Positions 1 through 10,789 of a stretch of 64,000 nt of DNA are shown here, one piece after another. The stretch is taken from assembly GCF_052425735.1 (NCBI RefSeq), contig NC_135761.1, positions 20,274,001 to 20,338,000 of the forward strand, read 5' to 3'. The stretch is from Oculina patagonica (Eukaryota). Below the pieces are notes generated by a model that saw nothing but the letters and a program-made list of their open reading frames with translations, made no database searches and was not told the DNA's origin. Both the position numbers and the translations under genes were made by a program. Each line of letters begins with the position of its first letter. The stretch's first letter is position 1.

Positions 1-367
1 CGAGTACTGGCAAAGTACACGTTTTCGGTGATAATTTATTATTCTGCCATAGAATTTGATCTGTATTCATTTTATGGAAAGAATTTAATCGCTACTTTCG
101 AACTAAGAGAAAAAAAATGATAGGTCACCGAACTCGTTTACGAAAACATGATGATTTTTCTCTTTCGTGAGTCAAGGCGTATAGAAAAAAGCCGCCATTT
201 TGTTTATGTGCGCGCGCTAATTACGCGTAAAATTCTGCGCAGTAAGGATGCGCAATGCAATACTAGGGAATCACCTTAAGCATAAACCAGTTGTAAATTT
301 TTTTAATGGTACAGTGAAACAATAAGAATAAATAGGCAAAAATGGGAAAAAAACCTTGCATTCTCAC

Positions 368-3300
368 CTGGACCCCCTCCTGGCCAAAGACATCATAGAA
401 TAAGCTATTATCCAACATCATGGTGTGATTTGCCAGCTGACTTTGAATGTTATCAAGGTTCTGTGAAATGTATTCCACTTGATCACCAATATAGTTCCTA
501 AAATGGTAAAAAAAAAACATGATAAGGGAAGGACAGATTGACTGCATCTGAACAGTTAAAAACAATTTGTAACCCTTAACCATTGGCGTAGCCAGCTTTT
601 TTAAGGGTTGTAGGCATGGCCAATGGCTTTTAAGGGGTCACTGGGGAAGGTTTTAAAATCAAAACAATTTTTTCTTGTTCATAAATAAACACATGTTTTG
701 TTAACAGCTCATGCCATTGTGTGTTTGCTTGTCACCTGACTAAACGAGATAGCTCCACAGTTTGCACTTGCTAGATGAGCTTTGATCTAATCGGGAAAGG
801 GGAGTTGTGCGATATGTAATACTAAGAAATGTTAAACATTGCGTTTTATTTCATCTTAAAAGTGCACCAGCTAATTGTTAATAATATTATCAACCAACAG
901 TACCTTTAAGTACTGGTGTATTAAAATATGTGATGATGCATGAAGGTAAGTTTTAAGTACACGACTGTACCTCGCTGAACTGATTATCTTCCTGAAAAAG
1001 CCTCAGCCTTAAACAGACGATTTCTAAATTGCCTAAAACAAAGAATTACCAAAATGCCTGACAAAAATAATAGCTGAAGATACTGCATTTAAAACACCCC
1101 TAGTCATTTTCTCAATCTAAAAAAGTCTCCAAATCATTACCATGGAATTCCTGATTTCTTAAAGCTCTAAGGGAAACCAAAATCGGTTTAAGAAAGTCGG
1201 TAGTTAGTCTATGTCAATTTAAGTGGCCCATACCGCCAGAGCTTATCCCAGTTTCTGTAGAATTAAAGGAACTGTGTCACGGCAAATGGCCATTAAATTC
1301 GGTGAAATATAAAAATAACCGCTTAAAACAATGAAGAAACATTTCAATAACACAGCAAATACAAAAGAAGGCACCAATGGCAAAAAGCGAAGAAGATGGA
1401 AACTGATTGTGTGGGTTTTTTAAAAAAATTGTTGGGCTGAACAGTTTTTAAAGTTAATCTTGTTTGCTTGTAACTTTAAATTATAACGCCTGGGCGACAC
1501 ATTTGGTTGTATTAAAGCTATGGTTGTCTTGTTTAGATAAATAGAAGTAATTTATTTGGAAACATTAAGTTTATAGCAAGTATTTGGCAAAACATAATAA
1601 AATAAACTTAACTCAGTTGTGACACAGTCCCTTTACGTGACCAGGAGTATTTCTACTCCACCCTGGATGGGTTTTCTAGTTGAAACTAAATTTCGGTGTT
1701 TGCCCGAGTAAAGCAAATTCAGGGAAACAACTTTTGGGTTGATCTACAATTACCGGTAAGTGGCAGGAGGTTCAAGATGTTGAGGGTTCTGGACTTCAAG
1801 AAATCAGGACTCCACTATATATGAAAAAAAAATTATGTTTCCGACTGTCTACCTTCAATGCCACTTTTTGAATCATTTATCATCGCAACCTTGTAATGGT
1901 TATGATAAATAATTACAATGGTTCCTGTGACATTACCTTCCTAATATATCATCCTGGTTAGGGTCTTTCTCTAAGGTATCAGGGTTTAATCTGATAGGAC
2001 AGAAAATGTGATGAGTAAGTTGATGAAGTCACATGGCACAGTGCGTACATGTACTGTCACTTGCATATAAATGTAACGCATGCTGCGGAAACATGATTTA
2101 ATAGAGTATTAAACAGGGCATGATTGGTCATTAAACATTTAAAGTTTGGCAGACCACAACAGCAACTTTCACGCCAAAAGTTCAACACATTCGGGGTCTT
2201 GAAATTGCCAAAAGATTGAGTATATCTAGAGACTTCTTTTGAAAAATTGATCCTGATCTGTGTCGATATGCATTTGCACGTTCACTTGAATCACTTCTGT
2301 GCTCAGTGTTATTTGAGTGTGAAAGTTTGTGTTACGGTCTGCTAAACTTCAGATGTTTGATGACCAGTCATGCCACATTTAACATCCAATTAGATCATGT
2401 TTCGGTGGCACATGTTCACGCTTAGATGCAAGCGACAGTACAATAACAAGAGGTTCACATCAAAGATAAAAGTTGATAAGAAAAGAAAGACAAAAAGAAA
2501 ATGATGTGGTATATGTAGTACCGGTATTAATAGCAATGGGTTCAGATCACATAAGTTGACACTAAGTGCTAACTATACAGTCATCTTTCCAATAATTAGT
2601 CACAATGTTTGAATTTCAACCATACTGTTCCTGAAACAACTCTTGGACAAAAATCCTAAAAGGTTTCGTCATCTTAAAAGTAATGCATCAATCAAAGATT
2701 TATCATTCCATTCTCCACAAAACTTTTTGATGTCTCTATCTCATATAAGCTGAACAATGACTCACTGCACTTCCTACAGAGCCATTGACATGAATTATTT
2801 ATCATTTCAGCAATAAAAACATACTGTAATAATAAATAACTTTCAACGGATCACACAATGACACTACCTCTCTGAGATATCTTCCTGAGACAGTCTCTGC
2901 GTCAAAGGAATATTTCTTAAATAAGGACGCTCATCGTACTGTTGAGGCTCCATGATGTGAGTCGGGTGCACAACAGACGGCTGGGTCTGCTCCTCAGGGA
3001 AAGTGACCACACCCTGCGATGGCTGTGCATGTAAAACTGAGGCTTGTGGGTAAGATGGTGCTGAGAAGAAGAACAAACACCAAAATTTCAACAAGTACAA
3101 AATGAAATGAGCAGGGAACAAACCGTTACTATCACTGATCAGAGATCGATAATGGTTCATGTAGTGCTGACATCCATTTGAGATTAAAGAGTACATGCAG
3201 CTACCTTCTTTGATCAGGGACATCACAAACACTAGTGAGAGGCAGTGAGGTGTGCAATCCACTCGGGTAAGCCTAAATAGCACTTTTCATAGCCTAAATA

Positions 3301-6300
3301 GCACTCTGGTTACCCTACTATTAGCTTAGGTAGCTTGCAGTTAGCCTTTTTATTTGGAGTAGGGACAAGCAACTCTGAAATTTCGCTTGCCCCAAGCAGT
3401 TGCATGCTTGTCTCAGTTTACTTTAACTTTTTTACGATTTTAGTTAGCAGACTAAAAAAGTTACTTGAAAAGCTACTTGTCCAGCAGGAAAATTGACTTA
3501 TCCCAGATGAGTGGATGGCACTTTTTTCAAGCCCTGATCATGATTCTAAATAACATTTTCAACAACTGTTGCACTTCAGTTTAAAGGAGCAGCAAGGGGA
3601 CACATGGCCATCCAGTTTTATTTTTTTGCCATGGGTTACACGAGAACTCATTGCACAACTGAGTTACGGGTAACAAGTTTAACTGAGAACAAGTATCCAA
3701 TGATGAAAGGGAATCACTGACTAACAATAACAAGATTACATACACACGTGCACCCTGAAAACCACTGTTGACATTGTACATAAGCTGAAATAACCACAGC
3801 CTGACTAATTGTCAGAGAGCGGTGTGGACAGGCATTCAGGTGACTGGATGCAAGGTGTTTTAATATCCAAGGGACAGCCCTTACCTGCTGATGTAGACAC
3901 AGGGCTGGAAACAATAGGCTGTGACGATGGAACTGACTCCTCTGGGAATCTAATGACTGGTCTGGCATGAGAGATAGTGTCGTCATCTAAAGCAGTTATT
4001 AGAGGTCCACTTGTGGCTGAAAAAGGCAGAAAGATTGGTTCACTTATGTGCTGTGCTAAACATACCATTAACAGCTTTACCATATAATATACAAGTTGTA
4101 TTGTTAATTAGTAGGAATCGTATATTATACACTGTATGTCCTTTCTATTTTCTGGTTTCATCAACATGATGCTTTTTATTTAAATAACCATAATTGAAAC
4201 TTGTGCAAAGCTTTCAAGAGCCAGATAAAGTCCTTTGCTACATGTATGCAGTGATGACCCTACAAAACTCTACATTTGTACATCTGTGTCAAAGAATACG
4301 TAAAACATATTTTCTGAGGATACATCAATTTGCATTTAGCTTTTGTGAATCTTTAAAAACTCACGAAACTAACCTAAATAAAACCCTTTCAAGACTAAGA
4401 GGCATTAGCAAACATGTACGTGACCCTTTAAACCAAAGGAGCCTAAAGGAATAATCATGTTGGTTTTAAACTCAATATAAATTTCAGACTACTAATAAAT
4501 AAAATAAATAAGAAATAAATAAATAAATAAACAAACAAATAAATAAATACATGTACAGGAACCATCAACAAGGCTACCACACATCTTATATCATTAACTG
4601 TAAACTTACAAGGGACACTTGACGATGGAGCATTTGATATATCGGAGATTGTCAGGGTCTGTGTGCTTGGCTGCAAAAAAACAAAACAAAATAAAAACAT
4701 CAAAAAACAAGTTCTACTTGGTACTGGGGTCTAACATTTTGAACTACCATAAAGCTTTATTGATCACCCTGGAAGGGGGAGGGGTTGTTTCTTTTTTATT
4801 TTACCAGTTTCTGATTTGTCAAAAAGTGGTGCAAGATTTTAAACCAATCACAAAGCACTGTAGTGCAAAACCAAAGCAAGCACAAATTATCTTTGAAACT
4901 CAAGTGAAAACTGCTCCAACTGCCTTGAACATCCATTTATCATGACCAGTAAGGAAACTCACTCTTTGCGCACTGTAGCTTGGTGGAGGCTGCCCACTGC
5001 TAGGACCTGACCCATCCCTGTATTCATATCGCCCACGCTTGGAAGAAGAAGAAGAAGAAGAAGATTCGTCCTCTGTACTATCTTGAAGCATCAATCTACG
5101 AATATATTGATCACAAGTCTTAATAAATTAAATATACAACTGTGCATTGCTTACAGTTCAAGGAAATGACACATTGGTTTTGGATTCCAAACTTCCAATA
5201 ACTTGAAAATGATTGGCTGAAGTTTGTCTGACATTTAATTTCAGGGCTTGAAAAAGTTATGAGACATCAAGGGAGGGGAGGTATTTTACTTTTTCTACTT
5301 AGTAACCTAGTATAAAAAACTAGTTAGAAAAAACTAACAAGTTAGAATAAAAAATTAACTGAGATCAAAAATAAACTGCAACACCTACATGACTTTTGGA
5401 GTAAAGATGAACCACAATTGTTTCATTTATGTTTGGTATATTAAATTTAAAGTGACATGATCAAATAACATGCATTCCTTTGAATCAATTCCAAAATTTG
5501 CCAAGATCATATTTTTACCCTAGTCGACTTACTGTTACGGTTACTGAAGTAGTTACTAAAACTGAAATTTGCATTATAAATAAAAAGTGAAATTCTCCCA
5601 CTAAAAACTATAAGGAATGTATGGAAACCAGAAAGGAGAATTTTCATATTGACAGTAAGGCTTTAACTCACCGTTTCCTGTTTGCCATGAGCTTATCATT
5701 TTGATAAATCAACCGCATCAGATACTGAAACAGCTGTAACATAAAATGTGACACAACAAACTTTAGATCACAAACTGCTTCTTAAAAAAAGAATTTAGTT
5801 CCTACAGGACTATTTGTTCTGACAAAGTTCAGATTTGATATTTCTTGTTCCACTAAATCCAAATGGCTGATAACAGTCAGGGCAGAATTTTCTTTCAGCT
5901 TTGCTTCGAATTATTCTTGAGTAATTCCTCCATTAATAATATTCACCTTGTTGACAATCTGCTGTTGTCTTTGATGTTTTTGTCGCAGCTCTACCAGTTC
6001 ATTCCACAATGTTACATTTTCCCTGAAAAGGAGAGCATCATCATCAGCACAACATGTACCGGTAAGTCTAAATTGATAGCTCTTATCTTATCCCCTTCGC
6101 TCCAATGTAGCATAGGGCATCTACAGTTCTCGACCTGGAGTTCCACTTCATTCCATCCTGACCCTACCTGCTGCAGTTCTTGTAGTCAAAACTGTGCCCT
6201 TAGAATAACTGCAGGGTGCCCAATCTTGGGTGCCCAGCTCCTAAAAGCTTTCAGGATAGAAAACTTATTCAAACTGCCCAAAGGCAAAAGTAAGATGCCT

Positions 6301-9211
6301 GTGGCACCCGGGATCTGCTAGAGCATAGCTCTGGTTTTTGCTTATTTGCTTGCTTATTTTTAATTAATAGGAATCTAATAATGTTATTTTGGGTGTGTTT
6401 ACTTATTGCAAATGTCTAAGCATATATTGTCACAAAGTTTTAAAGTACCGGTAGGTGGTTTTTTTGTTGAAGTAGGTGACTAATTTTACAATTTTTCTAG
6501 AGAACCACAAGAACAGCCCAACAGGTACACTGGATCAGCAGGCACAGAACACAGTAAATGGTCAACAGCTTGATGTTTACCTCTTAATCTGGTCGAGCTT
6601 CATGGTCATATCATCCTGTCTTCCCTTCATGTCTTGTACATCATTTAACACTTTAGACACATCTTCATTTTTCATCTTCTTCTCTTCTGGTGTAGCCTAA
6701 CCAAAAACAACCAAATAAAAAATATTAAATAAATACACACTGTACAAAACAGCTTGTTAGACAGGGTTGCCACTCATTAGAACCCAAAAAATTCCCTGAC
6801 TTTTCACTGACCTTGCATTAGACAAATTGTCAAATAAGCAAAATAATTATTTCAAATTTCCCAAGCGATGAAAATCGTGTTCGACCGACCACACCACTCT
6901 CCACCACAGAGGTGATTTTGAACTATTCTTCCATTATGTTCCATGAGAAATGTCCCTTGTTTCCCTTGAATTAAAATATTATGAAATAAAAAAAAGGGCT
7001 ATAAATACTTATTCTGGTGTTTCAATAAAAACAATAATTATTTTTTATCACAACCTTTTTGTAATTTGAGCTCAACTTGAAAATGTAAGCCCTAAATAAT
7101 TTTTCAAGCTTGTTCTTATTCAAATCTTTTTTCCTCATCATTGCTAGTCAAACTCACTTACAGATTGTTGCCATTTTTCAAGTTCTTTTCTTCAAAATTA
7201 CAGCACAGTTTCAGTGAGTTTCCTATGACTTAGAGTGCAAGTATGTTTAAATGTTCTTTAAGCCAAGCTAAAAATAACTAACTTAACATGGTCCCTGGCC
7301 TTTAAAGGAAGCACAAACCTTTCTTTTGACATTCTCCAGCAATTCAGGATGATACTTGTTGAAATTTCCATTAAAAAACTCCCATTCATCTTTCTCTGAC
7401 CTCAGCCCTCCCTGTTCAGCACCGATCACTTTACGGAAGCCATCTGAACATGTTTAAAAAGAACAATACAGCTTTTAGATGCGGTCTGGAGTGATTTTAA
7501 TACAATCACACAGCTTGCAGAACTTATTAACCTTTGTATAACGAGCAGAAAAAATTCATTTCTAACTAAATCATCACTCTCTTTAATTAATAAATTCCTG
7601 TTAACAATGTACATACATACACATGCATTTCCAGCAGTTTAACTTAGTTCAGAGATAAACAACTTGTTGCTCCAGTTACTGGGATACTATTATTGTATTA
7701 TAAGTTTTTATCGATAGCAATATTATAAATAAATATTTCAATTTTGTCTGAAATAAAAAATGTGCCCATGCAGAACCCACTATATCTAAATGTCGTTTCG
7801 CTTGACCTGACAAGCGTCAATGCATCCCACTGAGTTTAATTTGTTGAACTAATAGTGAAATTGACACTTAGGTCATTCAGTTTTGTTTGCTTGTTGTTGT
7901 GAGCATGCTAGTAATATTACTTTGACTAATGTATTCATTGACGGCCAGACATTAACATTCTGGAAGATGATTTTTTTTATTTGTTATAAGCATGATTAAA
8001 ATCCACTTTATAACTTGTCAGCCGGTATACAAAATCCTTGCAACTTGAATGACCACCAGAGGGAATTAATATTTGAAACTAGCGAATTCAAATGTTCACA
8101 TGGCAACTGTGAAGTACACTGATGCAAGAGAGAGTACAGAAGAGACAATTTCAGTAGTAGTTTTATTTTACGTATCATTTTTTGTTATCATTATAGTAGA
8201 AGTGCCAATGCTTCAATCCAATATAGCTGAAAATATTTTTGCAACAGCTCCCCTCCCCCCACCCACACACTGACTAACAGGGACAGCATCAGATTTGCTC
8301 ATGTAGCAATATGCACATGTCTTGATCAATTTCAACTTACAACTGATGGTATCTCTACTGAAATTTACATTGTTATTTCAAATAATTATTTTACTGATGC
8401 AGATGATATTTACACAATCGACGACCAAACTCTGCTCGCAACTACAGTGCAAGTACGTCCACAAAACAATTCATCGAACTCCATTAGTAGACAAAAATTA
8501 TCGACCGGAAAAGCATACGTTTACTTCGCCCACTGCATTCCCGGTTCAAAAGACTGTAGTCCGTTGAAAACAAAATCCCGCATTGCACAAATTCTTTGGC
8601 AAAAAATAATAGCTCAAATTCTTTATAACAAAATCAAATACTTGTTTGATGTTCTCCTCAAAATATTGAAGTGAAATTGATATGAAATCGATTAATGCAT
8701 GCAGCTGTGCGTAAAGAAGCGGATGCTAAACGAATATACTCATGTACCTACACAGGAAAATATCGCAAACCCACAATCCCACCGGCTTATTTTAACAATA
8801 TACTTACACATATTCAGCTGACGAACAAAGCTTGCAAAGTTGTTGTGTTTGAAATACTTGGGAAGGATTTCGCGTGCAAACGTGGCTTGATCGTGAACCA
8901 AGAACCCGCTTCCATTCTATACAGGAAAAAAAATCGAAACGTTGCAATCATTGCTGTTAAAGCTGTTGATGACACGGAAAAGTAATAAAATTATACTCGT
9001 AGTAAATACAGAGGTAAGAGCTACGTGGTTTACAAGTGTAAAAATTCCTTGGGAGCCCATAAAAATGAAAACAGCACGGTTTTGACACCTTGTTCCATGA
9101 AATGTGCTCCTCATATTGTGGATCTTCGACCAGTTTCCACAGTTTCACTAGAAAAGCAGGGACGTTAGAAGGAATTCCGCTCGAATCTCCGTCTCCCGTC
9201 TTCATCGGCAT
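368..9211 (-). CDS. HSF1: Heat shock transcription factor (HSF1-like); 12 coding exons visible, 3' end lies beyond the left edge
   Basis: In-phase GT-AG exons: 9211-9089, 8916-8808, 7443-7319, 6696-6581, 6022-5947, 5733-5672, 5095-4963, 4670-4610, 4016-3885, 3060-2868, 1990-1937, 497-368. HSF DNA-binding domain ([15 protein letters not shown]...[25 protein letters not shown]...LLENVKRK), HR-A/B trimerisation coil ([41 protein letters not shown]), S/P-rich regulatory region, HR-C-like segment ([19 protein letters not shown]). The short low-complexity exons are less certain. Confidence 0.95.
1267..1632. mobile_element. Non-autonomous DNA transposon (Kolobok-like MITE) inserted in a SINE, in an HSF intron
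   Basis: TIR AGG(A/G)ACTGTGTCAC...GTGACACAGTCCCT with TTAA/TTAC flanks; SINE sequence continues on both sides (about 1225-1264 and 1636-1672). Confidence 0.7.
5042..5064 (-). repeat. Coding (TCT)n microsatellite encoding poly-Ser in HSF exon 7
   Basis: (GAA)7 on the plus strand; translates as [14 protein letters not shown]. Confidence 0.85.
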
Positions 9212-9335
9212 TCTTTTCACAGATCGCCCCCAAACAAAATAGCTTTCTCGCTGGTATGCGTGCAGATAAAAGATGCGTAAGTTATCCAGGCGGTTCACAC
9301 ATCGGCCATGTTTTTCCGTCCCCCCGCGCGCAGGC

Positions 9336-9342
9336 TTTTATA
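9336..9342 (-). promoter_or_regulatory. TATA box of the HSF gene
   Basis: TATAAAA on the minus strand about 125 bp upstream of the ATG, in a GC-rich promoter-like patch. Confidence 0.6.
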
Positions 9343-9410
9343 TCCCTTGAGACGTCGAGCGCGTCGGGGTCTGGGTCCGGGTCCGTAGGGCGTCGCTGAC
9401 CTTCGAAATA

Positions 9411-9418
9411 GTAAACAA
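9411..9418. promoter_or_regulatory. FOXO/forkhead site (GTAAACAA, DAF-16 binding element)
   Basis: Exact GTAAACAA/TTGTTTAC about 70 bp upstream of the TATA box. Confidence 0.4.
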
Positions 9419-9563
9419 GTTTTACTCGACACTGCGGTAGACGTGAATTGTTTATTGATTTTCTATATTTAGCATATTGAAATTTTTGGCTCAATGCCGC
9501 CTAGAGGTGTTTTTAGACTAAGGCTCTCAAGTCGTCAGGTGGCGACCTAGGCGGGAGCCTCAC

Positions 9564-9594
9564 TGACGTCATTGGGGCCGGTTGCCATGAGAAC
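9564..9594. promoter_or_regulatory. CRE palindrome, CCAAT box and RFX X-box cluster
   Basis: TGACGTCA at 9564-9571, ATTGG at 9571-9575, GTTGCCATGAGAAC at 9581-9594. Confidence 0.5.
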
Positions 9595-9621
9595 AAGGGG
9601 ACAAAATAATCAAACGTACGG

Positions 9622-9680
9622 GTTCGAGAACGTTCTCCATGGTCCTCGGCCCACGTATCACTATTTGAATGTTCCAGAAA
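9622..9680. promoter_or_regulatory. Heat shock element pair 1
   Basis: gTTCgaGAAcgTTCt (9622-9636) and tGAAtgTTCcaGAAa (9666-9680); both are perfect 3-unit inverted nGAAn arrays. Confidence 0.85.
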
Positions 9681-10274
9681 TCGTATCTGAATCTGCATAA
9701 ATTGATGAAGAATTCAGCGGGTTTTCTGGAGATTTGAGGCTAGTAAAACAATTTTATTTTCCAGAAAAAAAGGGGGAAAAGTCGCAATTTGACTCGAAAG
9801 TATAGATTTAAAATTAAAGTAATTAGTACAACTCCGTAAACCTTTTTTCTTGATTATTTTCTTATCTGGTCTTGATCAAAATCAAGATTTGTTTTCAAGA
9901 GTTCTACCAGACTATTTATTCTAGAGTTAGGGTGTTTACTTTACTAAATTCAATGAAAAGTTATTTAAAAAAAGATCCTTGCTGTTTTGGGGTTAATTTT
10001 ATATTTGTTCAAGTTTTTTTAGCATGTATTTGATATAAAATGAATCAGTTTAAGGGGAGATTTTGGAGTTTTACTAAACCTCAAAGATTAAAAGTTAAAA
10101 GTTTGTAAACATTTTCTAGTTCTATCATCGAAAACGCCTTATTCGATAAAATCAAACACTACTTCAAAACTATATTTCTATCACCGATAATATGCAAATA
10201 TTCGTTCGCTCTTACCGGAAGTGAAATAAACACCACTATATAATTGCTTACTTTGGAAGTCACGCAAACGAACC

Positions 10275-10334
10275 CTTCTGGAACGTTCGCCGCTGCCTTT
10301 GACGCGTGTTGTCGATATCAGAACATTCTAGAAC
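10275..10334. promoter_or_regulatory. Heat shock element pair 2
   Basis: cTTCtgGAAcgTTCg (10275-10289) and aGAAcaTTCtaGAAc (10320-10334); ETS-type CCGGAAGTG at 10215-10223 nearby. Confidence 0.85.
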
Positions 10335-10789
10335 TTTTATGACGCTCGAATCGCCCGGAATCTACGTCATACCATTAATACGGATCAGCATGTTGTAGTA
10401 AGTGCAGTTTAATAGATAGCTGGGTTTTTTGTTATACCAAAAAGCATTTTATACGCTTTTGGTATAAAAACAAAGCGGTGAAAAAAATGTTGTGTGCTAC
10501 GAACCAAAACACACTTGGAAACGGACTTGCAAAGTTTCCTTTCTCTAAGTTTATATTTCCCTTTTAATAACGGTATACGCATTTAAGATAAATAAAAGAA
10601 TGAATAGTTTCATCCAGATCGTGAATTAAACGAAGGAATCAAACATTTTGTCTCAAACGTTTCAGTGAGATCTGGCGACAGTTTATACCGCAAAGTCGAG
10701 AAGATCCACTATTACAAGTCGTCAATTTCAATACAGACCTGAACGTATGGAAAATAATGAAAACCATTTTCTCAGAAAATGTGTAAAAA

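Noticed and set aside
5863-6321. 152-aa plus-strand ORF
   Set aside because: Antisense to HSF exon 5 and its intron; no protein-like features.
8957-9298. ORF-track N-terminal extension of HSF from a GTG start
   Set aside because: Non-ATG start in a eukaryote; the ATG at 9211 (or 9205) precedes the DBD, and the reading past 9089 is intron.
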